From Podarcis muralis (Eukaryota): a DNA stretch of 64,000 nucleotides. The stretch spans positions 54,994,001-55,058,000 of the forward strand of contig NC_135668.1 in the NCBI RefSeq assembly GCF_964188315.1, written 5' to 3'. The notes beneath the pieces were generated by a model. That model was not told where the DNA came from. It made no database searches and worked only from the letters and a program-made list of their open reading frames with translations. Position numbers and translations under genes: made by a program. Below, in pieces: positions 39,202-50,739 of this stretch (position 1 is its first letter; every line of letters begins with the position of its first letter).

Positions 39202-39843
39202 ATGGGGCTGACTGCTGACGAGTGCAAGCTGATCAAGAGCTGCTGGGCCAAACTGGCCCCCGAGCACGAGGATATGGGCGGCGAAGCGCTGACCAGGTAG
39301 GCTCGAGGGGGCGGCCAAGGGAGAGAAGCCCAGTCTGGTTCCTCCCGCCCCGTCCCTTTTCCTGACGGCCCCCTTCCCTCCCCGCAGGCTTTTCCAGGTC
39401 TACATGCAGTCCAAGATCTACTTCCCGCACTACGACCTGTGCCCCGGCTCCAACGACATTCACCGCCAAGGCCAGAAGATCATCAAGGCCCTCGACAGCG
39501 CCATCAAGAACATCGACAACATCCGCGCCTGCCTGTCCGACCTCAGCGACCTGCACGCCTACAACCTCCGCGTGGACCCCGTCAACTTCAAGGCAAGCGC
39601 GCCGACGGGGCGGACGAGGGCCAGGAGGGGCGCGCCTTGGGTCTTCCCTCGACCCTCCCCCACCTGACCGACCCCCCACCTGACCCCCCGTGTCTCTCTT
39701 TCTCTCCTTTGCAGTTTCTGACCAGATGCCTCCATGTGACAATCGCTTCCAGCCTCCGCGGAGACTACAACGCCCTGGCCTACATGGCCTTTGACAAGTT
39801 CTTCTGCCTGGTGGGCGAGGTGCTGACCGAGAAGTACAGATGA
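39202..39843 (+). CDS. HBAD: alphaD-type hemoglobin chain; join(39202..39296,39388..39592,39715..39843), 142 aa
   Basis: 95/205/129-nt exons typical of alpha globins; alphaD hallmarks [23 protein letters not shown]; GC donor at intron 2; AATAAA at 39926. Confidence 0.9.
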
Positions 39844-42039
39844 GCCCCCCGCTGCCCGCCCCCTCGCCTCGGAGCTGCCGTTTGCCCCCCGTCTCGGGCA
39901 CTCCGCCTCCGCTGTGCCACTGAGCAATAAAATGCGTGAACCTCGCTCCGGCGTCCTTCACTTTTCTGGCGTGGGGAGGGGGGTCCCATGCGTGGGAGAC
40001 GCGGGGAGGGGTCTCAGGGGGAGCAGATACGCCAAGGGGGCAAAAAGCCTCAAGTGAGCATCGCAGGGAAGAGGGTGGGGGAGACCGAGAAGAGACAGCC
40101 ACCGCCGCCTCGGCAGTTCTCCCTTCCACTTCCGAGGGAGCGCACGCCACAACCGCCTCCCCTACTCCCCCGTAGCCCCGTCCGTCCCGCAGGCACCTCC
40201 GAGAGGGGGGAGGGGAGGGAAGACGGAGTCCAGTGCCCGCTGAGACCCCTTTCTCCCCACCGCCACCCCGCCATGTCCTCCGCGTTCTTCGCTAAACCAA
40301 CGCAGCGGAGCCCGGGCAGAAACTCGACGGAGAGGCAGTCTGACCCGGCGGGGAGAGGGCTCTCCCGGGGATCCCGTCGAGGAGGGAGCCCTTACCCCCA
40401 GGTGTGCGAGTCTGCCCCCAACATCTGGGGAGGGCAGGAGAAGAGGAAGGCGGGGATGGGGATGGCATGAAGGAGACCCCAGGCTCCTTGCTCTGCGGCT
40501 TCTACGGTTCCGATATTGCAGACTACAGAGGGCGAGGCTTGCCAACTCCTGGCCCTGTTTAAAAGAGCGAAGTCCTCTATGCACATTTTCTACTTTTTCC
40601 TGCCCTGAGGCACCGGGGAATAAGCAGACTTTTATGGGGGGGGGGAGGATTATCGGATGCTTTCAGAGTGAACACAACGAAGTTATCGCGCGGGGAAGCG
40701 CCTGGCCGCTGCCTGTTAAAAGTTGTTTTTAAAAATACGAATAAAATAAGGAAAGAACAAAGAAAGGTCGCCGGGGCGACCGCCGCCTGCTCAAGTGGGG
40801 CCCCGAAGCCCACACCTGTCCCGGGACGGAGGCGCCCGCCCTCCCAGCCGTGGGGCCAGGACTCCGCCCCCCAAGTGGGGGAGGGAACGGCCAGCCGCCC
40901 TACAACACCCGTAACCCCCCCGCCCCCGCCGGGCCCTTGACATGGAGCAGCATGAGTCCTTCGGTGGGCGAGAGGGCCGCCCGTCCTTCCCGCCAGAGCT
41001 GCTCCAGACCACTCTGCACATGCTCACGTGCACCCGCCCCATCGCCGCCTGGAAAAACTCTCCCTCTCCGAGGGGACGGCACTCTGCCCCTGCTCAGAGG
41101 CACTCCCGCCTTGGCTCCGCATGGGCCCGCCCGCACGAACGGCCCTCTCCTCCCGTGGGGCTGACGCTTGTGGGGCGGGGAGTTGCAGGGTGCAGGGTGC
41201 GCCTGTCTCCGGCTTTTGTGCTTTGACAGGGCCAAGTTCTCACGTCCCAGGGACCCTCACACACGTGTCATCTTTAATGGCGTTATGCAACGTCAAGTTA
41301 GACACCCTCTTCTGGAGCTCAGGCGCAAAACACCGAAGGAGAGCAGCACAGGGTACCGAGCCGAGGGGACGCAAAATAATGATGATGATAATGATTATTT
41401 ATTGAATTTATATACCGCCCTATACCCAGAGGTCTCAGGGCGGTTCACAGAAAAGATCAACATACAAACCACAATATATATAATCAAAATAAAAACAACC
41501 CAATAATACCCTCCCAAAATCAGAAAGAATGAATGAAATTTTTGTAATGTAATTTTCAGTGAGCCTATTGAGAAGATCCGTAAAAAAAAGCGGCTGTACC
41601 AAAAGGAATTATTGTGAAAATAATATATATTTAGGGGACAGTGGGCTACTCCGCAAGCGGGTTGTGAGAACTACCCGGAGCAGGCATGGGCCCTCCCAGG
41701 CAGAGCACAGTTCACAGACTCTGGAGCGCCTGTTTGGGGGCCGAGAGGAATGTGGGGGGCAGCTGTAATCCTCCCCTGGTCTTGCGCGGGGGGCGCATCC
41801 CCAGCAACGGTGACGGGGATGGGCGCTGCTGGACGGCCACGGGCCACGCCAAAGAGGCCAGCGAGCCTCGCCCAGGCAGGGACTCGCAGAGTTGAGCGAC
41901 TGGGGAGGGTGAGAGCCTGCTCCGCCGAACCCCCGAGGATGGAGTGAGGCGCGTAGAGGAACGGAGAGAGAAGGCAGCTGTCCTTGGGGGCGCCGGCGAG
42001 GAAAGACGAATGTAAGAACATCACGAAAGCCAACCAGGT

Positions 42040-43160
42040 GCCCGGAGGAAACCAGCAAGCAGTTTCCGAGCCCAGGAGCGAGGGCAGAGACGAGCCTTCG
42101 TGGCTGGTGGCCCTCGATAGGCCCGCTCCTCCTCCTCCTCCTCCATGAATTTATATGATCTTTTTGTCAAGCCGCCCAAGCTGGTGCCCCTCGCCTGCCT
42201 CCTGTGGCAGCGAGTTCCATAGTTCAACTCTCGCGCAGCGTGAATAAGGACTTTCTTTCTGTCCCGAATCTTCCAACATTCGGCTCCCGTTCGAGTTTCG
42301 TGAGAGAGGCAGGAAAAAACTTTCTCCAGGCCGTGCGTAATATTATAAACTTTCCCCATGTCTCGTTTTATTTGCCTTTTCTATAAACCAAACAGTCTCA
42401 AACACGCAACTTTCTCCCATAGGGGCGTCGCTCCAGCGCCTTGACCATTTTGTGGCCCTATGCTGAACATTTACCAGCTCTACAAACAATACCCTGCGGT
42501 CGCCCCATAGGGTTGAATAATAGCATTATGATACGGGCAGCATTATTGTCAATAATGATCCTTAGCGCGAAGGTTGCCTTTTTCCACAGCTGCCGCGCGC
42601 AGAAGGCGCATCTTTATCCGTATCTCCACTAGGACCGCAACGTCGCGATCCTGGCCAGTCTGCCAGTTCAGACTCCATAAACAGATGTGACATTAAGACT
42701 TTTCCAATCCGAAAGATTGGAAGACGGGACTTGTGAACATCAAAGCAGCAGAAATATGAGAGAATTGGACCCTTCTGAGCTCGAAGCATGGGTACCCCCA
42801 ACAAAAATTTAAAAATTCGGCAAAATATTTGGACCTTATGATATGTATTGGCATAATTTGGATTAATGAATGAGACATGATTGGATTGTTAAATGGAAAT
42901 TTAATAAAAATTAAATTTTTTTTTTAAAAAAGACTTTTCGCCCCCGTGTATTGTAGACACTTGTCTACAATGAATTGCCTTTGTCATTTTGCCGCCCATT
43001 CGCTCCGTTTGGAGAGGTCTTTCTGTAGAGATTCACAATCCCCCTTGGTTACAACGACCCTGAACAGTTTAGGGCCTCCAGCAAACGTGGCCACTTCGCC
43101 GCTCATCTATAACTCTAGGGTCGTTTGGAAAGCACAGGTCCCGATCCTTGGGGGACTCCA
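42040..43160 (-). mobile_element. Degraded CR1 LINE 3' portion
   Basis: Antisense frames give CR1 RT-like peptides (PKLFRVVVTKGDCESLQKDL...EWAAKWQ; KVYNITHGLEKVF) with stops; interrupted by an AT-rich piece. Confidence 0.75.
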
Positions 43161-43447
43161 CTTTCTACATCTCTCCATTGGCGGCCGGATCCATTTATCC
43201 CTGCTACCAGAAACTTGGCCAACTCCTGATCCGGAAGAGGACCTCTCTGCTCTTAGAATCATGGAATTGATTCAACCCCCTGCGATGCGGGAACCGCAGC
43301 GAAAGCCGCTCCTCTTATTCCTTCACTGCTAAGCTTACACGGGAGTAGTTGGTGAGGTACTTTGTCGAAAGGCTCTTGAAAGCCAGCGGACGCTTTGAGA
43401 GTGGGGCCCAGGGCCACCCGAGGCGCGCCTGTTATTCGTTTGCAGAG

Positions 43448-43657
43448 TCAGGGAGGTAGCCGTGTTGGTCTGACGCAGTACCTCTACAAACGAAATAATT
43501 TTTAAAAAAATAATAATCCAGTAGCACCTTAGAGACCAAGTAAGTTTGTTCTAGGTATAAGCTTTCGTGTGCATGCACACTTCTTAGTATCTGAAGAAGT
43601 GTACATGCACACGAAAGCTTTTTTAATTTTTTTATTTCGTTTGCAGAGGTATACTGC
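43448..43657. mobile_element. Penelope-like element remnant (inverted pLTR pair) with hammerhead ribozyme cores
   Basis: GTAGCCGTGTTGGTCTG...CCAGTAGCACCTTAGAGACC; palindrome AAGCTTTCGTGTGCATGCACACTTCTT / AAGAAGTGTACATGCACACGAAAGCTT; CTGAAGA at 43591 and GAAA at 43613. Confidence 0.75.
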
Positions 43658-43899
43658 CCCTCACCGTGGACGCTCAGTTTAGCCACGGAGAGACCTTAGG
43701 ATAGAGGAGATTGGGGCCGGCCCCAGGCTGCTGGGGAGCTTCGCGGCTGAGCCCGGCTGCTTTGAAGCGGCTCCTCCATGTCGCAAAGACGCAGCCGCGT
43801 TAGCTTCGCCAGCCTCCGCACGCCGGGGATGCGGCGGGATAGGAGCGGCGCTCCCGGGCTTGCCTGGAGCCCAGCCAGCTGATGGGGGTAGTTGGCGCC

Positions 43900-44015
43900 C
43901 CCTCCCTGTAACAGACTGCGGGCGTGGCCCCTATCCCTCCCCTCCAGGAGGTGCCCAGAGGCGGCGCTGATGGGCGGAGAGCCCCAGGCGGGGCGGGGCG
44001 CCCCCGATAAAAAGG
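43900..44015 (+). promoter_or_regulatory. alphaA-globin promoter with GATA-type TATA box
   Basis: GGGGCGGGGCGGGGCG boxes, then GATAAAAAGG at 44006, 52 nt before the ATG. Confidence 0.7.
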
Positions 44016-44057
44016 CCGCGCGCGCTCCGACGGCACCCGAGACTTTGAGCTGCCAAG

Positions 44058-44857
44058 ATGGTGTTGACCGACGACGACAAGAGCCACGTGAAGCACGTTT
44101 GGAGCGTGGTCCAGCCCCACGCCGGGGACATTGGCGCCGATGCCATCACCAGGTAAGTCCGCCCCGTCGGGCAGGGACCCTCTCCCGGGCAGTTGCGTAG
44201 CGTGGGGGGTGCGGGGGGCCCCGGCAGCACAGGGAGCAACATCTGGGGGGGGCGCTCGCACTCGCAGCTCTCTGCCCCTAGGGCAGAGGGGGCGCAAATT
44301 ACTTGCCTTGCCCCGGGTGCTGACAACCCACGCTACGCCACTGCCCCCGGGGACGAGGCCGCGGGCAGGGCGGGAGTCGGACCCTCGTCTTCCTGCTCCT
44401 CTCCGCCTCCTCTTCCCGCAGGATGTTCGCGGCGCACCCCACCACTAAGACCTACTTCGCGGACAAAGACGTGAGCCCCGGCTCCGCCGACATCAAGGTG
44501 CACGGCAAGAAGGTTGCGGCGGCCATCGGCGAGGCCGTGGCGCACATCGACAACATCGCCGGCGCCCTCGACAAGCTCAGCGACCTGCACGCCCAGAAAC
44601 TGCGCGTGGACCCCGTCAACTTCCCGGTGAGTCTCTCTCGCTCCCGGTCGGGGCTCCGGGGCGGGCGGGATCCCTGCTTCGCTCCGTCCGGGGCCCCGTC
44701 TAACGCTCCCCCTCCGCCTCTCCCGCAGCTGCTGGGCCACTGCTTCCTGGTGTCCATCGCCGCCCACCACCCGGAGCTCCTCCAGGCCAGCACCCTCGTC
44801 TCCATGGACAAGTTCCTGGGCCGCGTCGGCGCCGTGCTGACCTGCAAGTACCGCTAG
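44058..44857 (+). CDS. HBAA: alphaA-type hemoglobin chain; join(44058..44152,44422..44626,44729..44857), 142 aa
   Basis: 95/205/129-nt exons, GT-AG; [40 protein letters not shown]; AATAAA at 44926. Confidence 0.92.
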
Positions 44858-47423
44858 GCCCCACGAAGCCCAGGCCCGCCGCAGAGGAGCCGCCTCGATG
44901 CCGCCCTCCGACGCCCAAACCCCACAATAAACCTGCTCTTGACTCTCCCCGATCTCTCGCGTCTTCTTGGGCTGACCTGGGGGCGGGCGGGAAGAAGGGA
45001 GAGGTGGACTCCGGGGCCTGGACGGCTCTGGCGAGGGAGACCCCGTCCCGCGGGATGGTCCCTAACTTGGCGCTCCTTGAACCCGCGGCACTTGGACCGA
45101 GTCGCCTGCTAGGTGGGGGCCCTGAAAGAGCCGCAGGACAGGGGCGCAGAGTCAGCCCCAGAAGGGCTCCCTCTCCTTGGGGGTCTCCCTTCCAGTTCCC
45201 TTCGGGGGACTTGTGGGGTGGGGCTCCCCAGGCCTTTGCGCCCCTGGCTGGACTGACTGGGATGAAGCAGACGAACTATTCGGAAGGGCCGGTCTCGGCG
45301 TGGGGTTGTGCTCGCAGAAGGGGCCCGCCCGGCTCCGTCCAGCCCGAAAGCCCCGCGAGCCACAGCTGCCAGCCCGTGTAGGCAATACGGGTTGGATGCA
45401 ATGGAAGGCAGCTTCCTAGGATCCTGCGCTCAAGGGCAGAGGCAGCCCCCTCCCCACAGCCAAGGCCGGGGGGGGGGCAGTGCCAGGGGTCCCCTCCACA
45501 CCCGCACTGAGAGGGCGCGGGAAGAGGCCCGCAAGCAGGAACCCTGCCCCCTCGACTCGGGCTCTGAAACCACCGCCAGCTCCTGAGATCCCGAGGACCC
45601 ACCAGAGCAACGGGAAGGGCGCATGGCAAGGGCGGGTGCCCTCCCTTACAACGGAGGAGTGCACTTTTGGGGGTCAAGTCAAACCGTTGGAAGGTTGCAG
45701 CGCCTGCTGTGGCTGCAGAGGCCGATATGGGAGAGACAGGTTGTGTTTTGCTGCAGTTGGGGGCCGGGGCAGCGGAAGATGTCCGGCTGTGCTGCTGCAG
45801 ACGCACCAAGGCATTTCTTCTCTCTGTGCTCCCCGCGGAGGTTGTTCCTTCTCTGCTCGTTGCTTTGGATGCAGACTTGTCTACCTGTCTCTGGGGAACC
45901 AGAGACCCTCTAAGAAATACCCACAGCCCCGGCAGAGAGAGGGGGCAGCTTCCCGCTCCCCTCCCCTTCCCCGCTGCTGCTCTCTGAGATGATGCTCTAA
46001 GAAGCTAAGCGGAGCCCGCTGGAGGATCAGGCCAAATGCCCATCTAGCTCCGCATCCTGTCATCACAGGGGCTGCCCAGGCAAGCTCCTTCCTCAGCGCC
46101 CCTCGGCCAGGAGGCGGCTCCCGGGCTGGCTAGTCAGGAAGGCAAACTTGTCGCACCTTTGCGGCAGAACCGAGTTGGCTCTGGGCCCCAAGGGGTTAAC
46201 CCCATGTGGGGCCTCGGGGCAGCCGCTGGATTCCCTGCGCGCAGGCGCCCCCTGCTGCTCCTGGGTGGGAATGGCAGGAAGGACAGCCCTTTGGGAAGCG
46301 AGGCCTTGGTCTGGTGCCCCCCATCAGCTCATGCGCCCCACGGAGGGGCTGCAGAGTCCTCAGGCCAGCCAGGCCGTTGTCTCCTCCCCTGGACTGCTGG
46401 GCCAAAGCCTTTGGGCAAAGGAGGGCTGTGGGGGTTCCCTAGAGGCTTCCTGCCAGCGTGGAGGGCAGGTGGTGGGTGCTGTGGGGGGGATTAAAGGGCT
46501 GGCAGCAAGGCTGGGGGGGGGGTGCTACTGCTGCCTGAGCCAGCAGAACCCCAGGGCAGGGCAGGGCAGGGCAGGGGGTGTGCATCGTGTGGCCATTCGC
46601 CTGTGTGAGTTGTGGGGCTCCGGAGATTCTTCAGAGAAGGCTGCTCTGAGCTGCAGAAGGGCAATGGGAAGGAATGGCGCTTGCCTGCTCTCCTGCCCCA
46701 GACCAGTCCAAGGGAAAGGCCGCAGCTGGGAAGCTGCCTGGTGTGGAGAAAGGCCTACGTGGGGAAGGAAGCTGGGAACTTCTGCATGCCAAGCAGCTTC
46801 TCTGTTGCAGAGCTGTGGCTGCTGACTGGCAGGCATGTGGGCAGCCACCCAAGTGCCCACGGCACAGCTCAGGCCTGGGCCGCCTCACCCTTTCATGCCA
46901 AAGCTGCCCTGGGACGCCACCAGCCAGTCGTCTCCCACCATCCTGCCTTCTCTCGCCTGCTTCTGCAGGGCATCTTCCTGGACTCTTCCCATCCTGCCAG
47001 CTTCTTCTGACTTTTGCCTTGGCCCAAGAAGTCCCAAAGGAAGATGGGAGCCTGCCAGGGGACAGGCCAGACTGGCTCATTACTGCCTTGACGGACCTAT
47101 GTATCTCCAGGTTGCCATGCAGGGGGTCTCTCTGCCAGCAGGACCTGGCGATTCCTTCTGCACGCAAGGCAGGTGCTCAACCCCTGAGCTACATCCCTGC
47201 TCCCTTGCTTGACCCCTTGCTATGGCCTTAGGCACGCTTCTGCACCTATGGAGAAGTGGCCCCAATCCTGCAAGGAACCCGTGGCACCACAGAATTGACC
47301 AGGCATCCAGGACAGAGGTCCAAAAAGTAAATGCTGCCCTCTTTATTCCATCAATACAAATGTAAGAAGGGGAGGGGGGAAGAGAGCGGGGAGCAGGGTA
47401 CCCGGGGGATGCCCCTCCTTTCT

Positions 47424-50400
47424 CTAGGGCGGAAGGGGGCGACTGTAGGCGGCTTCTACTTCTGCAAAGACGGCGTCAAAGAACTTTTCCCAAGAGAGCT
47501 TCACGTCGTTGGTGAACTCATCTGCCAGGAGTTCTTGGAAAACGCAGAGAATGGTCTGAAACAGAAGCTGGGCAAGGAGGGCACCATTCAGCGGGTAGCT
47601 TGGGATGCATTCCCAGTGACCCCCAAGGCTCTAACCACTAGGCTCCCTTTCCAAAAGCCCCTGCTTGAGCGCCCCATAGATTCCCTGCCTGGCTCAGCCT
47701 GCAGGAGACAGCCCCAGGAGAGGCATTAAGCCTGAAGGGGGGAAAGGGCAGCGGAGGAAGCCTGTGGTTTCTCTTGTGGCAAAGGGCAGTGCTGAGGAAG
47801 CCCAGCTGGGCTCCCTGTCTGGCCCCTGAGCCATTTCCCCCCATGCTGTGCCCACCTGCCCCACACCTGATGCCACCTGTGCCGGCAGGTGTGGCCAGGG
47901 AAGAACACAGTGGCAAAGGGATGCTTGCACGCTTTCATGGGGCCTCCTTGCAGGGGAAGCTGGCTGGCAGCTCCAGTCAGCTGGGGTGGCTGCGCCAGGG
48001 AGTTCCTCGCCTGGAAGGTCCTGTCTGGAGCCCCCTGGTGCCTTCAGTGAGACCTGCTTGGCTTGGCTTCAGAGCTCCCCATAGCCAGACTGGCTCTGCG
48101 GTGAGCCCCACTGATGTGGCCCCCTGACCTCAAGGCAATGCCAGGAGAGTGGCAGCTGGTGGCCTGCTGGGGATGCCAGGATCAGACCCAGGTTCCCCCC
48201 CTGTGGGATGTCTCTTCAATGATGCAGTCAAGTGCAACATTTCCTGTTGCCTAGAATGGTGGGCGCACGGGGGAACGTGGCTCCAGACCGGGGGGGGGGG
48301 GGACTTCCTGCCATACCTGCTCTGGAGCCTCCTCCCCCTGAGTGTGACCAGGTAGATGGGCGTGACCTTAGCAGACCCTACAAAAGGGCTAGCCATGCAG
48401 GCATCTTCCTCTTGGGCTCTCTGATGGCTCTTAGCCAGCAGCACATGGCTCATCCTTACAGAGGGACGAAGCCACAAGGTGGAAAGTCTGAGGCCCAGCT
48501 CAGACCTCTTTTCTCTACAAAGGTAACTGTAGCCGAAAGATAGAGCCTGCCTTCAGAATTCTACGGTGAACTGAATGTAAGTAAACTTTACCCTTACTTT
48601 TAAACAAGACTGTTGTGTTGTTATTATTATTTTAAGCGGGAAATAAAAGGGGAAACTTACCAGCAACAATCCCGACTGGCTTGCATAACTTCAATGATTC
48701 TAACGAATCCATCAACTTGGCAGTGCGCAAGGGAATGTGCTTGCTCACTAGTGAGCGAGGAGGGATGTTTAATCAATATATCCTCTCCTACTTTCCTCAA
48801 CATTCCCACACCCCCTATCCCCCCCCCTCCTGTTGGAAGGATCCCAGCTGCTCCGAGGGCAAGCTGCCAGCCCAGCGGCTCCTGTGTCCTCCCTGCTTGC
48901 TCGCCCCCCCCCCCCATACCTGGAACATCCCTGACGGCACTTGGTGGACGTTCTTGTGGTTATCCACCAGGCGCTCCAGCAGCCGGCAGCCCTGCTTCCG
49001 GTTGTCCAGGTTTTCAACCAGCTGGTTGAGAGCCACCATGACCTTCCGGCCGTGGGAGCCCACCTCAGGGTCCCTCAGCAGGTCGCCTTCCGTTGGGATG
49101 TTCTTGAAGTACTGCTTGCTGTCAGGGTAGTCTGTGAAGAACCTGCAGGCGGAACAGCGAAGGCTCGCTTTGAGTGCAGAGCTCGGATTTTGTACTGACC
49201 CTTCTGAGTATCGCTGCAAAAGGCTGTGTGGGGAGCAGCATTGGACCCCCTTCTTAACCCCCCCCCCTTCTCTGGGCTGGCTGAGGAGGACAACATGGCC
49301 TCCAGGTCTGCAGAGTCTGCTTTGCTCAGGAGCTCTGTTCTTGGAAGGGTCTGCTGCCGGCTGCTCCCTCCCTGACCGCCCCACTTGATCCCCTGTGGAT
49401 TTGGTTTGCACAGATGGTGCACTCACTCAACTCTGTCTGGTGGGTGGCAGTGATGCCCAGTGGCCTGTTTATTTCACTGGTCAAGAGGCCCCTCGACCAC
49501 AGAAATCTCTGCTTCCAAACCTTGACAAAATAGCATTCACAGAAGTCTGATCTTGGTTGCCTTGCCCCTGTTCCTCCACCACTTAATTCCAGAAAGGAAT
49601 TTGTTGATGGCTTTCAACCACACACCCATCTGGGACAGGAAACTGCCTCCTGTCACTTTCTCTGCTCCTGGGAGACAACGGCACCCTCGACTTCCCCTGC
49701 CTTCTGTCTCTTTTTGTCTCTGATGTACACCCAAGTAACACCCAAAGGACCCTGAGCGAGTGGAAGAGGAGGAGGAGGAGAGGATGGTGCCCTCCATCTC
49801 CTAACTCTTTCTAAAAGCCATTCTGATCTGGCTCCAGGAGGTGCTCAGGTCTCCTAAATTGGTGAAATCAAATTATGTGAACACTTAGAACTAGAAAAGA
49901 TGACAGAGGCAATCGGAAACCAAACAAACCAAAAGTTCAAAACTGAATGGGAGTGTTTCAGAGTATATTTAGGGGGGAAAACATTGTTCCCAAACAAAAT
50001 CCTTAACATGCCTTGGTTAACTTTTGCAAATTAGATAACAGACAGATAATGTACGTCATGTAACAGCAATGAGCTAAAAAGAATTAAGGGCCCGCCGGGA
50101 GGTGGAGGGAAGTCATTTTTGAAGTATGCATGTAGAAGTGTTACTTGATGTTGATTATTATTTTTCTTTATGTATGTCAGGCATCCCAAACTTGGCCATC
50201 CAGCTGTTTTGGGACTACAACTCCCATCATCCCTAGCTAACAGGACCAGTGGTCAGGGATGATGGGAATTGTAGTCCCAAAACATCTGGAGGGCTGAGTT
50301 TGGGGATGCCTGATGTATGTTAATGTTTTTTGAGTAATGAATGGAAATAACAGTACTAATAAGCAAATTTAATAAAGGATATATTTATATACATATGAAA

Positions 50401-50555
50401 AAGAGAAAGGCCAGGCTGGGAGAAATTGCCCCAGGCCAACAGACCGCAGCACCAGACCTGATGATAATGAGCCTGCCATTCGCTTCCGCGTCCTCAAAAG
50501 CCTTTAGCCAGCACGTTTGAATGTGCAGCTGCTGTCGCTCTGTCAGAGGCACCAT
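47424..50555 (-). CDS. GBY: Globin Y; complement(join(47424..47567,48920..49142,50458..50555)), 154 aa
   Basis: 98/223/144-nt exons with globin intron phases; [35 protein letters not shown] match GbY; minus-strand AATAAA at 47342-47347; lies 3' of the alpha cluster. Confidence 0.9.
49830..50400 (+). mobile_element. L1-like LINE 3' end in GbY intron 1 (interrupted by a MITE)
   Basis: Encodes [28 protein letters not shown]; AT-rich tail. Confidence 0.55.
50178..50312. mobile_element. Palindromic hAT MITE
   Basis: CAGGCATCCC...GGGATGCCTG ends; 8-bp TSD ATGTATGT on both sides. Confidence 0.9.
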
Positions 50556-50739
50556 GGGCTCCAGAATGGGCAGCCTGGGGAGGGGACAAGGAGGAGGCAG
50601 GTGAGCTGGGCCTCAGGACCTTGGATTCACCCACAGACCAAAATGGACCTTTCTGCCTGAGAGCCTGGGCTTGGAGGCCAGCCAGCAGCAGCCCCTGGGA
50701 CCCTGAGGGGGAGGCAGGCCCTGGTTCCTTCTGCAATTC

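Noticed and set aside
39233-40150. 305-aa minus-strand ORF (and similar ORFs over alphaA)
   Set aside because: Antisense shadow of GC-rich globin codons.
45000-47300. omega/beta-like globin between alphaA and GbY, as in platypus and marsupials
   Set aside because: No globin-like peptide in any listed frame or by eye.
49537-49632. Alternative GbY exon 1 ([10 protein letters not shown]...KIRLL)
   Set aside because: Ends in a stop and lacks globin A/B-helix pattern; 50458-50555 fits in length, phase and sequence.
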